Source: Octopus vulgaris (Eukaryota). Taken from it: 64,000 nucleotides of DNA. The stretch lies in NCBI GenBank assembly GCA_951406725.2, contig OX597828.1:32178001-32242000 (forward strand). The letters run 5' to 3'. Both the position numbers and the translations under genes were made by a program. Shown here one piece after another: positions 13,433-26,704 of this stretch. The notes below the pieces were generated by a model. That model did not search any database. It was not told where the DNA came from and saw only the letters and a list, made by a program, of their open reading frames with translations. How positions within the stretch are numbered: position 1 is the first letter of the stretch; each line of letters begins with the position of its first letter.

Positions 13433-14393
13433 CGGTGGTCATATCAAGACAGGTTCTTCAGAAAGTTTAAGATTCGGAAATATTACGGCTAGCAGTAGTG
13501 ATCTATCTAGAATTAAACATCAAAATAAGACACAAACAAAAAAATAATAAGACATATTACACAAGGAATGTTAAAGTTTGATATCACTCTGGGCAAAAGC
13601 AATAAATTTCCTGAATATACATAAAAATATGAAGAAACTAATACAAATTGTCAATAAAATAAAAAAATGTATATAGTGACATTGAACAAAGTATCAATCA
13701 ATAGAATGTGAAATGGAGACAAAAATTAATAACCAAGATTAATTGAACAAAGAAAAAGTGCAAAAAGCAAAATATGTAAAATAAATGTGTAAAAAAATAT
13801 CAATAACGTATATTGAAATGGCTCCAAAGGAAAGGGAGATAAAACTGTTCATATTGATTTCATCGAGGTGAAATCATTAATCATTCTTATATTCTTACGT
13901 CATATCTTGATATTTTTGTTGGCCGTTATTTGTTTATCACGCAAACAGGAATCGTGCTGGCTGGAAAACTTGTCCATATATAGATATACACTTAAGACAC
14001 ATACACACACACATACGTATAAATGGCTATGTATGTTTACAAATATACATACACAAAGCAAACACGTACGCGCACGCACATAGATAATTGTATATGTTTA
14101 TATACATATATACATGTATATAGATATACGCAAGTAAATATATATATGTATATATACATATAGATATATCTATATAATTACACACACATACACGTACATA
14201 TTCATTTAGATATTTATACAAAAGTTGTATACATATATATATACATATATATATATATGTATGTAAGTATGCATATATATGTATGTGTGTGTGTAAATGT
14301 ATACATATATATAAATGTATACATATATATATACATATGTAAATATATATCTGAGCATATATTTGTATATTTGTATATATATATATATATATA

Positions 14394-14685
14394 TACTTAT
14401 TATATCGATTTACTATTGCCGAACCGCTAGATTACGGGGACAAGCACAGGCACACAACCCCCCCCCGCACACACACAGACACACATACACACACGCACGC
14501 ACACACACAGTTATATATATACACAACAAGCTTCTTTCAGCTTCCGTCTACCAAATTCACTCACAAGGCTTTGGTGGAACGGCAGTTATTGTAAAAACAC
14601 TTGCCCAAGGCGCCACACAGTAGGACTGAACCCGGAAGAATGTGGTTGGTAAGCAAGCTACTTACCACAAACCCACTCCTGCGCC
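14394..14685 (-). mobile_element. SINE family B (CORE-like), 3'-truncated, left palindrome arm
   Basis: Reverse complement of ggcgcaggagtggg..ggttcagtcctactgtgtggcgccttgggcaagtgt. Confidence 0.9.
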
Positions 14686-14749
14686 TATATATATATTTGC
14701 ATACATACATATATGCATGGGCTTGTATGTATATATCTATGTATGTATG

Positions 14750-14783
<34 letters not shown>

Positions 14784-14965
14784 AATATTTGCTCATATAT
14801 ATATTTACATATGTATATATATATATATATATACACACATATGTAAATATATATATGAGTAAATATTTGTATATATATATATATATATATATATATTTAC
14901 ATACATTCATATATATATACATACAAGCCCATGCATATATGTATGTATGCAAATATATATATATA

Positions 14966-15248
14966 GGCGCAGGAGTGGGTTTGTGGTAAGTAGCTTGCTT
15001 ACCAACCACTTTCTTCCGGGTTCAGTCCTACTGTGTGGCGCCTTGGGCAAGTGTCTTTTACAATAACTGCCGTTCCACCAAAGCCTTGTGAGTGAATTTG
15101 GTAGACGGAAACTGAAAGAAGCTTGTCGTGTATATATATAACTGTGTGTGTGCGTGCGTGTGTGTATGTGTGTGTGTGGTGGGGTTGTGTGCCTGTGCTT
15201 GTCCCCGTAATCTAGCGGTTCGGCAATAGTATATCGATATAATAAGTA
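14966..15248 (+). mobile_element. SINE family B, 3'-truncated, right palindrome arm
   Basis: tRNA-like head with box B-like ggttcagtcc and CORE-like gccttgggcaagtgtc; shares private variants with 14394-14685. Confidence 0.9.
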
Positions 15249-15483
15249 TATATATATATATATATATATATACAAATATACAAATATATGCTCATATATA
15301 TATTTACATATGTATATATATATTTATATATATATATATATATGTATACATGTACACACACACATACATATATATGCATACATACATACATATATATATA
15401 TGTATATATATATGTATACAACTTTTGTATAAATATCTAAATGAATATGTACGTGTATGTGTGTGTAATTATATAGATATATC

Positions 15484-15514
<31 letters not shown>

Positions 15515-15555
15515 TTACTTGCGTATATCTATATACATGTATATATGTATATAAA

Positions 15556-15909
15556 CATTCTCCCGGGTTCAGTCCTACTGTGTGGCGCCTTGGGCAAGTG
15601 TCTTTTACTATAATTTCCGTTCCACGAAATCCTTGTGAGTGAATTTGGTAGGCGGAAACTGAAAGAAGCTTGTCGTCTATATATATAAGTGTGTGTGTGT
15701 GCGTGTGTGTATGTGTGTGTGTGTATGTGGGGAGTTGTGTGCCTGTGCTTGTCCCCGTAATCTAGCGGTTCGGCAATAGTAAATCGATATAATAAGTACT
15801 GGGCTTACAAAAAATAAGAGCTGGGGGGCGATTTGTTCGACTGAATGCGGTGCTCGAGCATGGCCTAAATCAAATAACTGAATCAAAAAAGAATAGACGA
15901 ATAAAAGAA
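15556..15909 (+). mobile_element. SINE family B, 5'-truncated third copy with intact 3' end
   Basis: Starts mid-head (cattctcccgggttcagtcc) and runs to the A-rich tail gaataaaagaa. Confidence 0.9.
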
Positions 15910-16120
15910 CATATATACACACGTACATACATGTGCGTTAGAAAATGTTGCACTGCACAACAAGTTTCTAATTTTTTGAGATATAATGCTGCAGAAAATG
16001 CACTAAGCCATACTGAAAAGTTCCTATCTTTAAGAGTATCGTGAAAGGCCTGCTTGGCGTCCCAACCTTTTGAATTCTTTTACAGGTCTTAGAAAAACTG
16101 AAAGATGTGTGAGAGTGCGA

Positions 16121-16240
16121 GAGGGACGTATGTTGAATTAAATCATGTTTAACTGTTTCACTTGTATTTCTTTTTCTAAAAACCAGAAGCTTTTCATTAC
16201 TACTCGTATGATATATAAGAATGCAATGTAACTTAGGTCT
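16121..16240 (+). repeat. ~120-bp direct repeat, copy 2
   Basis: Matches 12071-12193. Confidence 0.9.
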
Positions 16241-16413
16241 CAACTCTTCATGTGTATGTACCTGTATACCCATTCAATATATCTGTTTCTCTATCTATTT
16301 GTCTGTCTATCTGCCTCTGTGTCTGTCACACACTTCTTCTCTATGTCTAGCGCATTCTGTATACACATGTGTGTATGTATGCAGCTATGTATGTATGTAT
16401 GTATGTATGTATG

Positions 16414-16450
<37 letters not shown>

Positions 16451-17256
16451 GTGTGCGTTTGAATGTGAACGTGAGTTTGTGTATATACGTATTTAGGTAT
16501 GCACTTAGTCTTTTTCAATGCGTTTAAGAGATACTAACTGTGCATTGAGTTCAGCTGCTACTCATTCCATACGATCGCAACAGGAAGAAAATTCCAAAGA
16601 TATTTGAAGATGGTGTGCATGTCGAACCAATCCATATGATTATAAAGCCAAGTTCTTCTAAACGTACACCCATCAAGGCGAGCTAATTCCCATATATATA
16701 TAACGATTTATCTAAGTGTAAAATACACCTAAGGGATGTTACATATCTGAAAATCTTGTTTATATAGTACATCGCGATGCCTTAATGTAAAGCTGTAAAT
16801 GAGGCAATGCGTACGTGTTATTGCTCATAGCTTTATGCGTGCGTGCTTCGAGTTATAGATTCAAATCAGAAATATTTCAATCCCTCTGGAAAGTTTACAA
16901 ATTCCCTATGCAATCAACAATATTATCATGTCGATAAAGTTTTATTACACTACTGCTGCTTGTATTTCATATTTATTCTTACGTATGTATTTACCGGACC
17001 AACAATCACAGAGTTTCACATTTATGCATATAAACAGTGGACTGGTCGTTTGATTCACTCTTAGTGCCTGATATTGATAAGCCACAGGAATAGCGAAACA
17101 TCAGTTTCCGTCACTCCTGACAAATTTCTGGGCAGTGTTGTTTCGCCTGTCCATGATTTTTAGATATTTAAACACCCGGCGCTTTGAGTAATTTCCGGCA
17201 AGTAGCAGCATATTGGCAAATAATCTTTTCTACTCGATGAGAATGTATTGTCGATA

Positions 17257-17299
<43 letters not shown>

Positions 17300-17429
17300 C
17301 ACAAATTTCTTTGTGATTGCGTTTGTGCGAATGAGGTCGTGTGTGCGTCTGTGTGCATATATAGATACATATACAGAAATACACAAACATATATATTTGA
17401 TTCAAATTTTCAGAAAACAAAAGATAGTT

Positions 17430-17670
17430 GAAGGAACAACAACTAGTTATATTAGTTTAACGATCGGGAAGAAAGGAAAAGTGTGTGCAGTTAGGAGCCT
17501 ACGCTCTTCTACAGATAGGTTTTAGATAAAAAGAAAACGGGGAGAGAAAAAATGTGTGAGGATTAAGGGTTCAGCATGATGAAATGGCCAGAAGAAAGAG
17601 GAACCGAGAGAGAAAGGGAGAGAGGAAATTATGCGGATATACAAATAAAATATATAAAAAACAACAGCTT
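17430..17670 (-). mobile_element. Penelope-like non-autonomous remnant with decayed HHR motif
   Basis: gagcctacgctcttctacaga matches 62597-62617 and the reverse complement of 43622-43641. Confidence 0.6.
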
Positions 17671-18127
17671 CGGTATGAATTACAATATATGTTTTGTGCG
17701 TGGGTGTTTGTATATGTGTGCGTGTGTGTGTATGTGCGTGTGTGCAAGTGTATAAATGCAAAACAAAAGTAAGAAGCGTGGAGTCTTTCAAAAGAGGAGT
17801 ATTGAAGAATATATATATAGATATTTATATTACCAAATGCAGCTTATCCAGAGTACGAACGACAAAGAAAATTCATGGGGAGGTAGTAAGGTGTTAAATC
17901 AAGTATCTTATTCTGGCCGCTCGGAAAGCCATCGTAATGTTAGTTGACGTAGGACATTAAATATGCAGTCCTTTAACCATTCCACTGTTGAACTTCTCGG
18001 CATTATGATCTGAAATGTAAGAACATTACTTTCCTGACGACGGAGGTTCGGTTTAAACAATGTTGATTGCTTCCTTCACGACCTTAAATTTATAAATTTA
18101 TAAAATTGTACATGTCTGTGTATATAC

Positions 18128-18178
<51 letters not shown>

Positions 18179-18700
18179 TTTGGGTGTGTGTGTGAATCAT
18201 ATGAAATCACATGAGAATTGTAATGCCCAAATAGGTAATGATCTCGGACACGAACTGCTTCTTACGACTTGTGTCGTATGACAAAAAACTTTCAAGAAAA
18301 TATCTTGACTTAAAAGATAAGCTAGTCCACAAAAATATTCCTTGAGAATCAGATTCCAAAGGGCAAAGCTGTTTAAGAGAGTTGAATAATATCTATCACT
18401 TGTGTTTTAAACTCCTTAAAGTCATTTAAGGTTTTAACGGAATGATTGTGCTGAGTGACAGGGGTGTGGTGTGCGTGTTGATGGGATGGCTATCATCTCT
18501 CAAGATGAAGCAATCATCATCATTATATATATACATATACATGTCTATCGGTAGATAGAAAGATATACAGATAATTAGATAGATAGGTAGATAGATAGAT
18601 TTTTATGTGTGTATATATGGATTTTTGATTGTGTCTGTATCGTTGTACAAATACATGTTTCCAGAGCATATAAATATTTGTTTCGGCATATATCTATACA

Positions 18701-18840
<140 letters not shown>

Positions 18841-19642
18841 AAAATGCACACATCCCTATCACTCTCTGTCTCTCTCTCAATATATGTGTGTGTACTTAAA
18901 TTTATGCTCGTACATGCATGTATGTATGTGTGTATATATTTTTGTTCGTTTATATATAAGACCAAATGGTCTGGCAGCGTATATACCTATTGATGTATCT
19001 TTAACGTATGTAATCATGGAAAACAAATACGCTGTGGTGCTCTTAATAGGTTTTCAATATTCTATCTTTGTTCAATTTCGCTCCAGCTGATACTGTTCAA
19101 TCTTGTCCATAACCATAAAAATATCTTGTTTCCTTTCGTTTTGCTAAGCCTGTTATTGCAATAGATCAACTGTCGCGTACACATACGTATAGCAAGCATT
19201 AACATACACTTGCATAAATTCACATCTTCACATAAAATGCAGGTGATTATGTGTCCAGAACTCTGATTGTAAGCATGTTTATGATATGTCAGTCCTAGTT
19301 TTTTTCGTTGCGGACTTAACTCCCAATACGCAAGTTATATTTTTTTATGGAAATAGGAAGGGAAATATATAATAAGCATTTGTCAATTACCTCGGTCTGA
19401 GCATTGATTGTTTTAGATATTCACAAAATTATCCATGTTTCTTTGCACGTCTTATGATGCCCTCACATTCTTAATGGACGAATAAGGAATGACTAATGCC
19501 GAAAAGAACATATAATCATGCATTTATACATATATACACACAAAGACATGCACGTGAGCATCGCCGCAGGCAACTGCGATTTCCGAGCCCGTCCGAAGCT
19601 CTCGGGTTGGAAACAGTAATAAACGATATATATATATATATA

Positions 19643-19850
19643 TTCTTTAATTCTTTTATTCTTTTACTTGTTTCCGTCATTTGAATGCGGCCGCGCTTGG
19701 GCACCGCCTTAAGTCGAGCAAATCGACCTCAGGACTTGCTCTTTTTATGCCTAGCACTCATTATATCTGGTCTTTTGCCGAACCGCTAAGTTACGAGGAC
19801 GTAAACACGAAAGTATCAGTTGTCAAGTAGTGATGGGAGGACAAACACGG

Positions 19851-19893
<43 letters not shown>

Positions 19894-19894
19894 A

Positions 19895-19942
<48 letters not shown>

Positions 19943-20091
19943 CGGTCTGCTTTCAGTGTCCGTCTACCATATCCACTCACAAAGCTTTGGTCGGCTCGAG
20001 GCTATAGTAGAAAACACCCGTCCAAGGTGCCACGCAGTGGGATTGAACCCGGAACCATGTGGTTGCAAGGTACTTACCACCGCTCCTGCGC
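19643..20091 (-). mobile_element. SINE family B, full length, with internal (CA)n/(TA)n
   Basis: Tail ttcttttattcttttacttgtttc, gccgaaccgctaagttacg, head ccaaggtgccacgcagtggga..ctcctgcgc; (TA)n on both flanks. Confidence 0.92.
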
Positions 20092-20129
20092 ATATATACA
20101 TACATAAAAAATATATCTGTATATATATG

Positions 20130-20181
<52 letters not shown>

Positions 20182-20319
20182 GAGAGAGAGAGAAATGTAT
20201 GCGTACATATATATATATATATATATACGTGTGTAAGTATGTATAACTATATAATAAAATTTTGTATGACTACACATAAACACACGCTCACACGCATACA
20301 TATGCTTACACACGTATAT

Positions 20320-21250
20320 ATCAGCTTCAAACCACCGGCCGTCAACAATCCAGATATACTCCTTTAAAATCGGTTGTTCCACAAGACGTGTTGCTCCACG
20401 ATCAAGGATAGTTTTAGCACGAGTTTACATATACTTAGCTTGTTCTATGCTTGTTTCAAGTACGTCTAAGTCTGGGATATGTTGTATTTGGAATTTACTT
20501 AGATTTTGTTTTTTCCTGGTTTGTTAGTGAGTACAATGCCTTCTTGTTTTCATGCTTTAAGACAAATTTTAACGTCCAGTCATCGGATGTTTCCATGTAG
20601 GTGTTTACGCCAATTGTGGCAATATTCAGTGTTATTCCAGTTGTAAAAGTCCACGACCGCCCTCTTGGCAGGAAAAATCGTTCTATATCTGTCTTAGTGT
20701 GGTGCATTCTATACAATGTCATCAATTTTCGTATTTTTTCTGTCAATACTACATATTTCAGTAATTGACCGGTTAATGGTATTGAAACTAAGTCATGGCC
20801 GGTATGGCTAAAGTATTGATTGCTTCGATCCTATTACTTGCATTGAGCTCTGTCTTTAATATTTCCATAACCTTGAGATACTATTCTCTTCCGATCCTAG
20901 GTATTTGTAGCTCTCCGCTGCTTGTAACTCCTTTATGTTTAACCATTCTACCGGTCAAGTTCAACGTTGGATGTTTCTGTCATTTTTTTCTTCAAAAATG
21001 TGATTTCTGCACATTTACCGAGACCAAATTGCCTTCTGATGTCATCACTGAATTGTTTAACAATTGCCAGTAAGTCCTGTAATTGTTGGTCATTTTTAGC
21101 AAAGGGCTTTACATCATACATGTAAAAGAGATTATTTATATCATTATCAAACATTGTATAGCCATATTGTACATCATCAAGCAATTTCCAGACAGGTATT
21201 ATGGTTAGACATCAGAGAAGTAACAGAGAGTCACTCAGCAAAATGCCACA
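20320..21250 (-). mobile_element. R4/Dong-type LINE RT fragment
   Basis: ORF 20948-21184 NNLFYMYDVKPFAKN..FSDDIRRQFGLGKCA (cf. HLLYMDDLKLYA..FSxDIxMxFGLDKC); ORF 20495-20746 KIRKLMTLYRMHHTKTDIERFFLPR. Confidence 0.85.
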
Positions 21251-21256
21251 TGAAAT

Positions 21257-21384
<128 letters not shown>

Positions 21385-23199
21385 ACATATACATAATGTA
21401 TATACTTTGTGTATTTTCCACTTGCTGGACGTACGTACATTCAGACGCGTATTTATTATACATGCTGCTCATCCTATAAGTAAGGGCAGTATAGTTAACT
21501 CTATGCCTGTCGGGTATATTCCACTAAGATCTACACATTTTACTTCCATCAATTACCAAGTCAAGCACAGTAGTGTGTTCCAAAGGAGCCTTCCTGCGGA
21601 CTTGCCTATACATACAAGCGTATTTTGAGGCATGCGAATGAATGCCATCGGTTGTTAGTCACGTGTTTATGGCTATAGAAACTTCATCCTGCTGTCACTT
21701 TCAAGAACGAAAATAAGAAAATATATAGATATCATATATTGAGTACACACACGCATGTGTGTGTGTGTGTGTGTGTGTGTGTCTGTGTCTGTGTGTGTGT
21801 GTGTGTGTGTGTGTTTGTGTGTGTGCCATATATTGGTCATCGAATAACGATTAGATTAGTAATTCATCATCGTAAATTCAAGTAGTTATTGCTAAAATGC
21901 GCACTTAAGTAAAAATTTAAGAAAGAAAGCAAGAAGAAATGTACGGAAATATATATAAAAAAAGAGAATAGAACAACTTCCGTTGTATGCCGAAAAGTTA
22001 ATCCTGCAGCGAAAACGATAGCAGATGGAGCAAATCTGATTGGCAGCGCAATAACAGTAATTACAATTAATTGCATCGTGTGTAAAATCGAACAACTCTT
22101 GGAGATAAATTTATGTTCTTTTACATTTTTCTTCACATTCCTTATCAGCGTTTACACTCTCTTACCCATATTTTGTTTTTAATAATCAATTAATTACTTT
22201 TATCTTATTTATGTCAAATATTTTAGAAATTTGTGGGCGTATTTTTGTTTTCCTTCTTTTCATATTATTTGGTTCGAACTTCACACGCTTTGTAATTAAT
22301 CTGATGTTTCTTAGTATTTGTCTATTTTATACACAACTTATCTTATCAGCAGAAATAATGTTTTCTTTCCATTTTACATTTTGTATAGTGTATATATACT
22401 ATAAAAAGTACAAGATGCTATTATGATTTCTTCTGCATCTGTTGATTATCGATATCTGCCAAATGTTGCGGCATTAGATCTACTGCAAAAACTGTCATAT
22501 TTACTCTGGTTAAAATTAAATGTCACATCAGATATATTAACTTATAAAATTTGAACAATATTCTGGTGTAGTTAATGACTTCTAAGAACAACCTTTTCAC
22601 TTTAATGTATTTCCATGTTCTAATCTAACTAAATTTGTGTGATATTTAATAAAATATGAAAGTAGATTATTATAGGTGTAATTGAAATACTCATAAATCA
22701 GAATGACTCAGAGCCGTTGTTACAATGGCTGTTTCGAATCTACCACCACTGTTTGACATATTAAACAAGTATCATTTAGCATAGACCCGCGTTGTGGGAG
22801 AAATAGGAAAATGGAATAAAGCGTAGAAATATATCCAATAAATTGTACTTGGGATATCCAGTTTTATTATATATTCTAATGTTGAATAACCATAAAGTTG
22901 TGAGTATTAATCTCTGGCTTAACGGCCATTTATCCTGAAAGAACAATGCATTGCTAGCTCGCTTGATCGAAAAAACATATTTATCCTTAAAATCGAAGAA
23001 TAACCAATTATCTTATATTCTACCCCTGTGACTAGATATTTTGACAGAATGTTAAAAGCAAGATATAACTCTGTTTTCCTTTCACTTATGGGAAATAGAT
23101 TGTTATAAAATCCGCCCAGCACATTGGTATTCCGGTATTGCACCGAAAACTGCTTGTCTAAACTTCGTGTGCATATAGAGTTCTAAGATCTTACTGACA

Positions 23200-23330
23200 T
23201 TCAGCTGTCTCCAAAATGTTGAAAAGTTTATTGGCTTGAACTACAAGGTATATACCAATATATAATCGAATACTTATATTTTTTCCTCACAAAACTAATT
23301 TTCATAACCTTTTGAAATGTATCCATGTAC
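23200..23330 (+). mobile_element. Possible mariner 3' end/TIR remnant
   Basis: tgttgaaaagtttattggcttgaac (cf. WxKCIxxxG) followed by cataaccttttgaaatgtatccatgta; very decayed. Confidence 0.3.
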
Positions 23331-24384
23331 ATTCAAGTATCTGATACTAAACACTTTACTTGCTAACATTCCCTTTCGATTCACGAAAAAATATGTAACT
23401 GAAAATGGCATTTAAACCTAACTAGGCATATGTAACATAAACCTGGGGAGGTAAATAAAAAAAATATAGGTAATGTTATAAAATTGCTGTCCAAGTTGAC
23501 TGATTGTTTCCTGAAGACTATCAACTGACATTTCAAAATCCTTATTCAGATGCATAAGTTAATTTAAATAAAAGATCTGTAGGAATTACATGCCAAAATA
23601 AATCAATATGTATTAAAATAATTCATAATATATACAGTTATTGATAACTAAATTATGTTGTAGAAATGCTAATTTTTAATTTCCTTTACGATCTCACGTT
23701 ACAAATATTCAAATTTTGTTGCCACATTTCATTGTGTTTCTGCATGGGAAATCAACACTAATTGCTTCCTTTCACTTAGCATACTTGAAACATTCTTAGA
23801 TTTCAAACTAACAGTAAACACATACCTCCAACTAATGAAACTTTTGCTACTAAATATGTTTTCTTTCAGGAATGACAAAAAGTAATTTATAATTTACGAA
23901 CGATTCGTCAATACATTTAAAATATTGTTAATTGAAATTGGGTTTTGTTGGGTTTTTTTATATCTGTTCCTCATTTTTGCATTGTTAATAATTATAGAGA
24001 CGATTGATTAGTGCTTTCTAATGTTTCAAAGAATGCTTCTTCTTTTTTTTTAAACATGTCTTCAAATTATGAGTTATATTTAGCTAAGAAAGATCACGCT
24101 TTTACTTCAAAGAATTTAATTAAGAAGCAGTAGAAGACATTAAAGTGATATCCATTTTAAGATAGCAGACAAAGTAAAGACGTTGACTACATAAAGCGCT
24201 AAAAGTACTTTGTGTCAGCGTACCCGGAGCTTACGGAAGAAAGAAAGAACGATCAGGATGTTTCTGAGATCATCGGTGAATATTCGAACAACTGCAACGA
24301 AAAGAAACGTAAACCTATATCATAAAGCACTGTATATACATACATATATGCATATATATATATATATATGTATGTATGTGTGTG

Positions 24385-24473
<89 letters not shown>

Positions 24474-24517
24474 GAATATATGTATGTATAATATATATAT
24501 ATACATATATATATATG

Positions 24518-24652
24518 TAGGTCCCGGGTTGATTCGGGGTTAACCACAGTAAATAAGGTACTCAATACATAGCAGAGTAAAATTAATTTATTATATAGAA
24601 GGAGCTTCTACAGGACTAGAACTGTTTCATTCAAGAGAAATCTTCAGGAAGC
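24518..24652 (-). mobile_element. Penelope-like terminal remnant with HHR-like motif
   Basis: Minus strand reads cCTGAAGAtttctcttgaatGAAACagtt; flanked by (TA)n on both sides. Confidence 0.5.
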
Positions 24653-24688
24653 ACATATATATATATATACATATATATATACATATAT

Positions 24689-24740
<52 letters not shown>

Positions 24741-24855
24741 TACCAGATCTGACTGGCCTGGTGCAGCCTTCGGGCTCCCTAGACTCCAGTTGAACCGTCC
24801 AACCCATGCTAGCATGGAAAGCGGACGTTAAATGAGGATGATGATGATGATGATA
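24741..24855 (+). mobile_element. 3' end of a SINE/LINE with (GAT)n tail
   Basis: gaaccgtccaacccatgctagcatggaaagcggacgttaaatgaggatgatgatgatgat; tandem-repeat tail typical of RTE/L2-mobilised elements. Confidence 0.65.
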
Positions 24856-26088
24856 TAGGTTTGTATTCTCTCAACCTACTCTCAACCGAAAGTCCGAATG
24901 GAGTAACATCCAGATCCCATTCAGAAGGACTATTCTATAACCACCCCTCTCTCTATCTCCCTTTTACCTGTAGTCCTTACATACAGGTTGCAATGCGTAT
25001 GTGCAGTTATATACAACGGTATGAGCGGACGTTGTTTAATACGTACAGTTGCACTTAGGCGTTGTATCCATTCACGGTTTGACGATGATGAGAGGAACAA
25101 ACACACACCCACATATATATATATATATATGTGTGTGCGTCTATACAAAGATATATGTGAATATGTGTACAACCTTCAGCAAAGTAACAGTCATGTACAC
25201 AACTTGGACGGACACATGCCAGTACACGGACATACGTTCACATACATATACACATGTACACACTGACACGTCTGCCCATTCTCCTAGACACTCACATACA
25301 TACGTAGCACATGGATACAAACATACATACATACCTACCTATGGGCATACACACGTACATACGCACGTACATGTACGCACACACATACATGGGCACATGC
25401 ATACGAGCGCGTATACATACATACGCACATGCGTACGTATGTACATACACACATACATACACACATACATACATACATACATACATACATACATACGCAC
25501 ATACATACATACATACGCACAATAGTAATACAATAGTTCTGTGATATAGAGATAAAGATCTGATAATAGATTTTAGGGTATAGTTTTGGGAGTAAGCGTC
25601 GTAAATCACTTTTCTAGCTCCGGCCGTAGGAAGTTGAAATTTGATAGCTTTGTGATGAGTGGTCACTCTACATCCATCCATCGCTTCAGGTTTATAGCTT
25701 TATGTTTTATAGAGTGTATGTGCGTGCATATACACACACATACATATATACATACATACATACATACATACATACATAAATACACAGGCGTATGTACGTA
25801 CATGCATACGTACATACATACACACATACATACGTACATATATATGACGAACTAACTGTTACTTTCTTAGATGCAGCACGGACTTTGTCAGTGAACAGGT
25901 CGCGGATTTTAGCGACGAAAATATTTTAACAAATTAAACTTAAATGTTGAAGTGAATCGAACGGCTTTTGTGTGTTTCTTAAATGGCTTATAAACACCTT
26001 CCACGCTGCAATTGTTTTCGTTTCAGCACACGATCTCAGATCAAATTACTTGCTATGCGAGTACATCTCCGTAATATATATGTATTAA

Positions 26089-26145
<57 letters not shown>

Positions 26146-26704
26146 GTATGAATCTATGTACGTATCCGTGTATGTATGTATACGTACTTTTGATAAATAG
26201 CTTAAGCATGTAGCTCTATCGTTTTCAATATGTATTTCTGAAAATCACATAACAATAATGTTCCGTTTTCAAAAGTACATTTAACATGTGACTAACATGT
26301 AAGATGATGATATATATAAAGCCGCGCCAATTAAATATATGAATAGCGGTTCGTTATGAAACGTATAATAAATCAACTAAATACTCATATAACACAACGA
26401 AGGAAAATAAGGAGTAAAAGACAGAGATAAACGAAATAAAATTGAGCCTCTAATAATGAGTACATTAAACTTCTATACCTAAAGGTGATATGTAATGCAG
26501 GTACTAATAGCAAAAGGGACTGGAGTTGAAAATAGCAGAAAGGAAATGAAATGTTAAAGGCTTAGACACCTGAATAGTTAATAACTGTGTAACAGTTCTA
26601 TTCTATTTGCGTTTACAGTGATGTAAAATTGAACTGAATTATATGATGCGCAATTGTATTTTAATTTGAAGGTATTTTGAATATTAGAGGTTTTGCGTTT
26701 AGAG

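Larger units (their letters stand above)
14094..15558. repeat. ~1.46-kb quasi-palindrome centred near 14825
   Basis: Left arm starts atgtttatatacatatatacatgtatatagatatacgcaagtaaat; right arm ends with its reverse complement; arms are colinear through unique flank and SINE; centre is a (TA)n run. Confidence 0.92.

Noticed and set aside
25850-26074. Complex-sequence island between microsatellites, probably a repeat fragment
   Set aside because: No second copy, TIR pair or coding motif in this window, so it cannot be classified.
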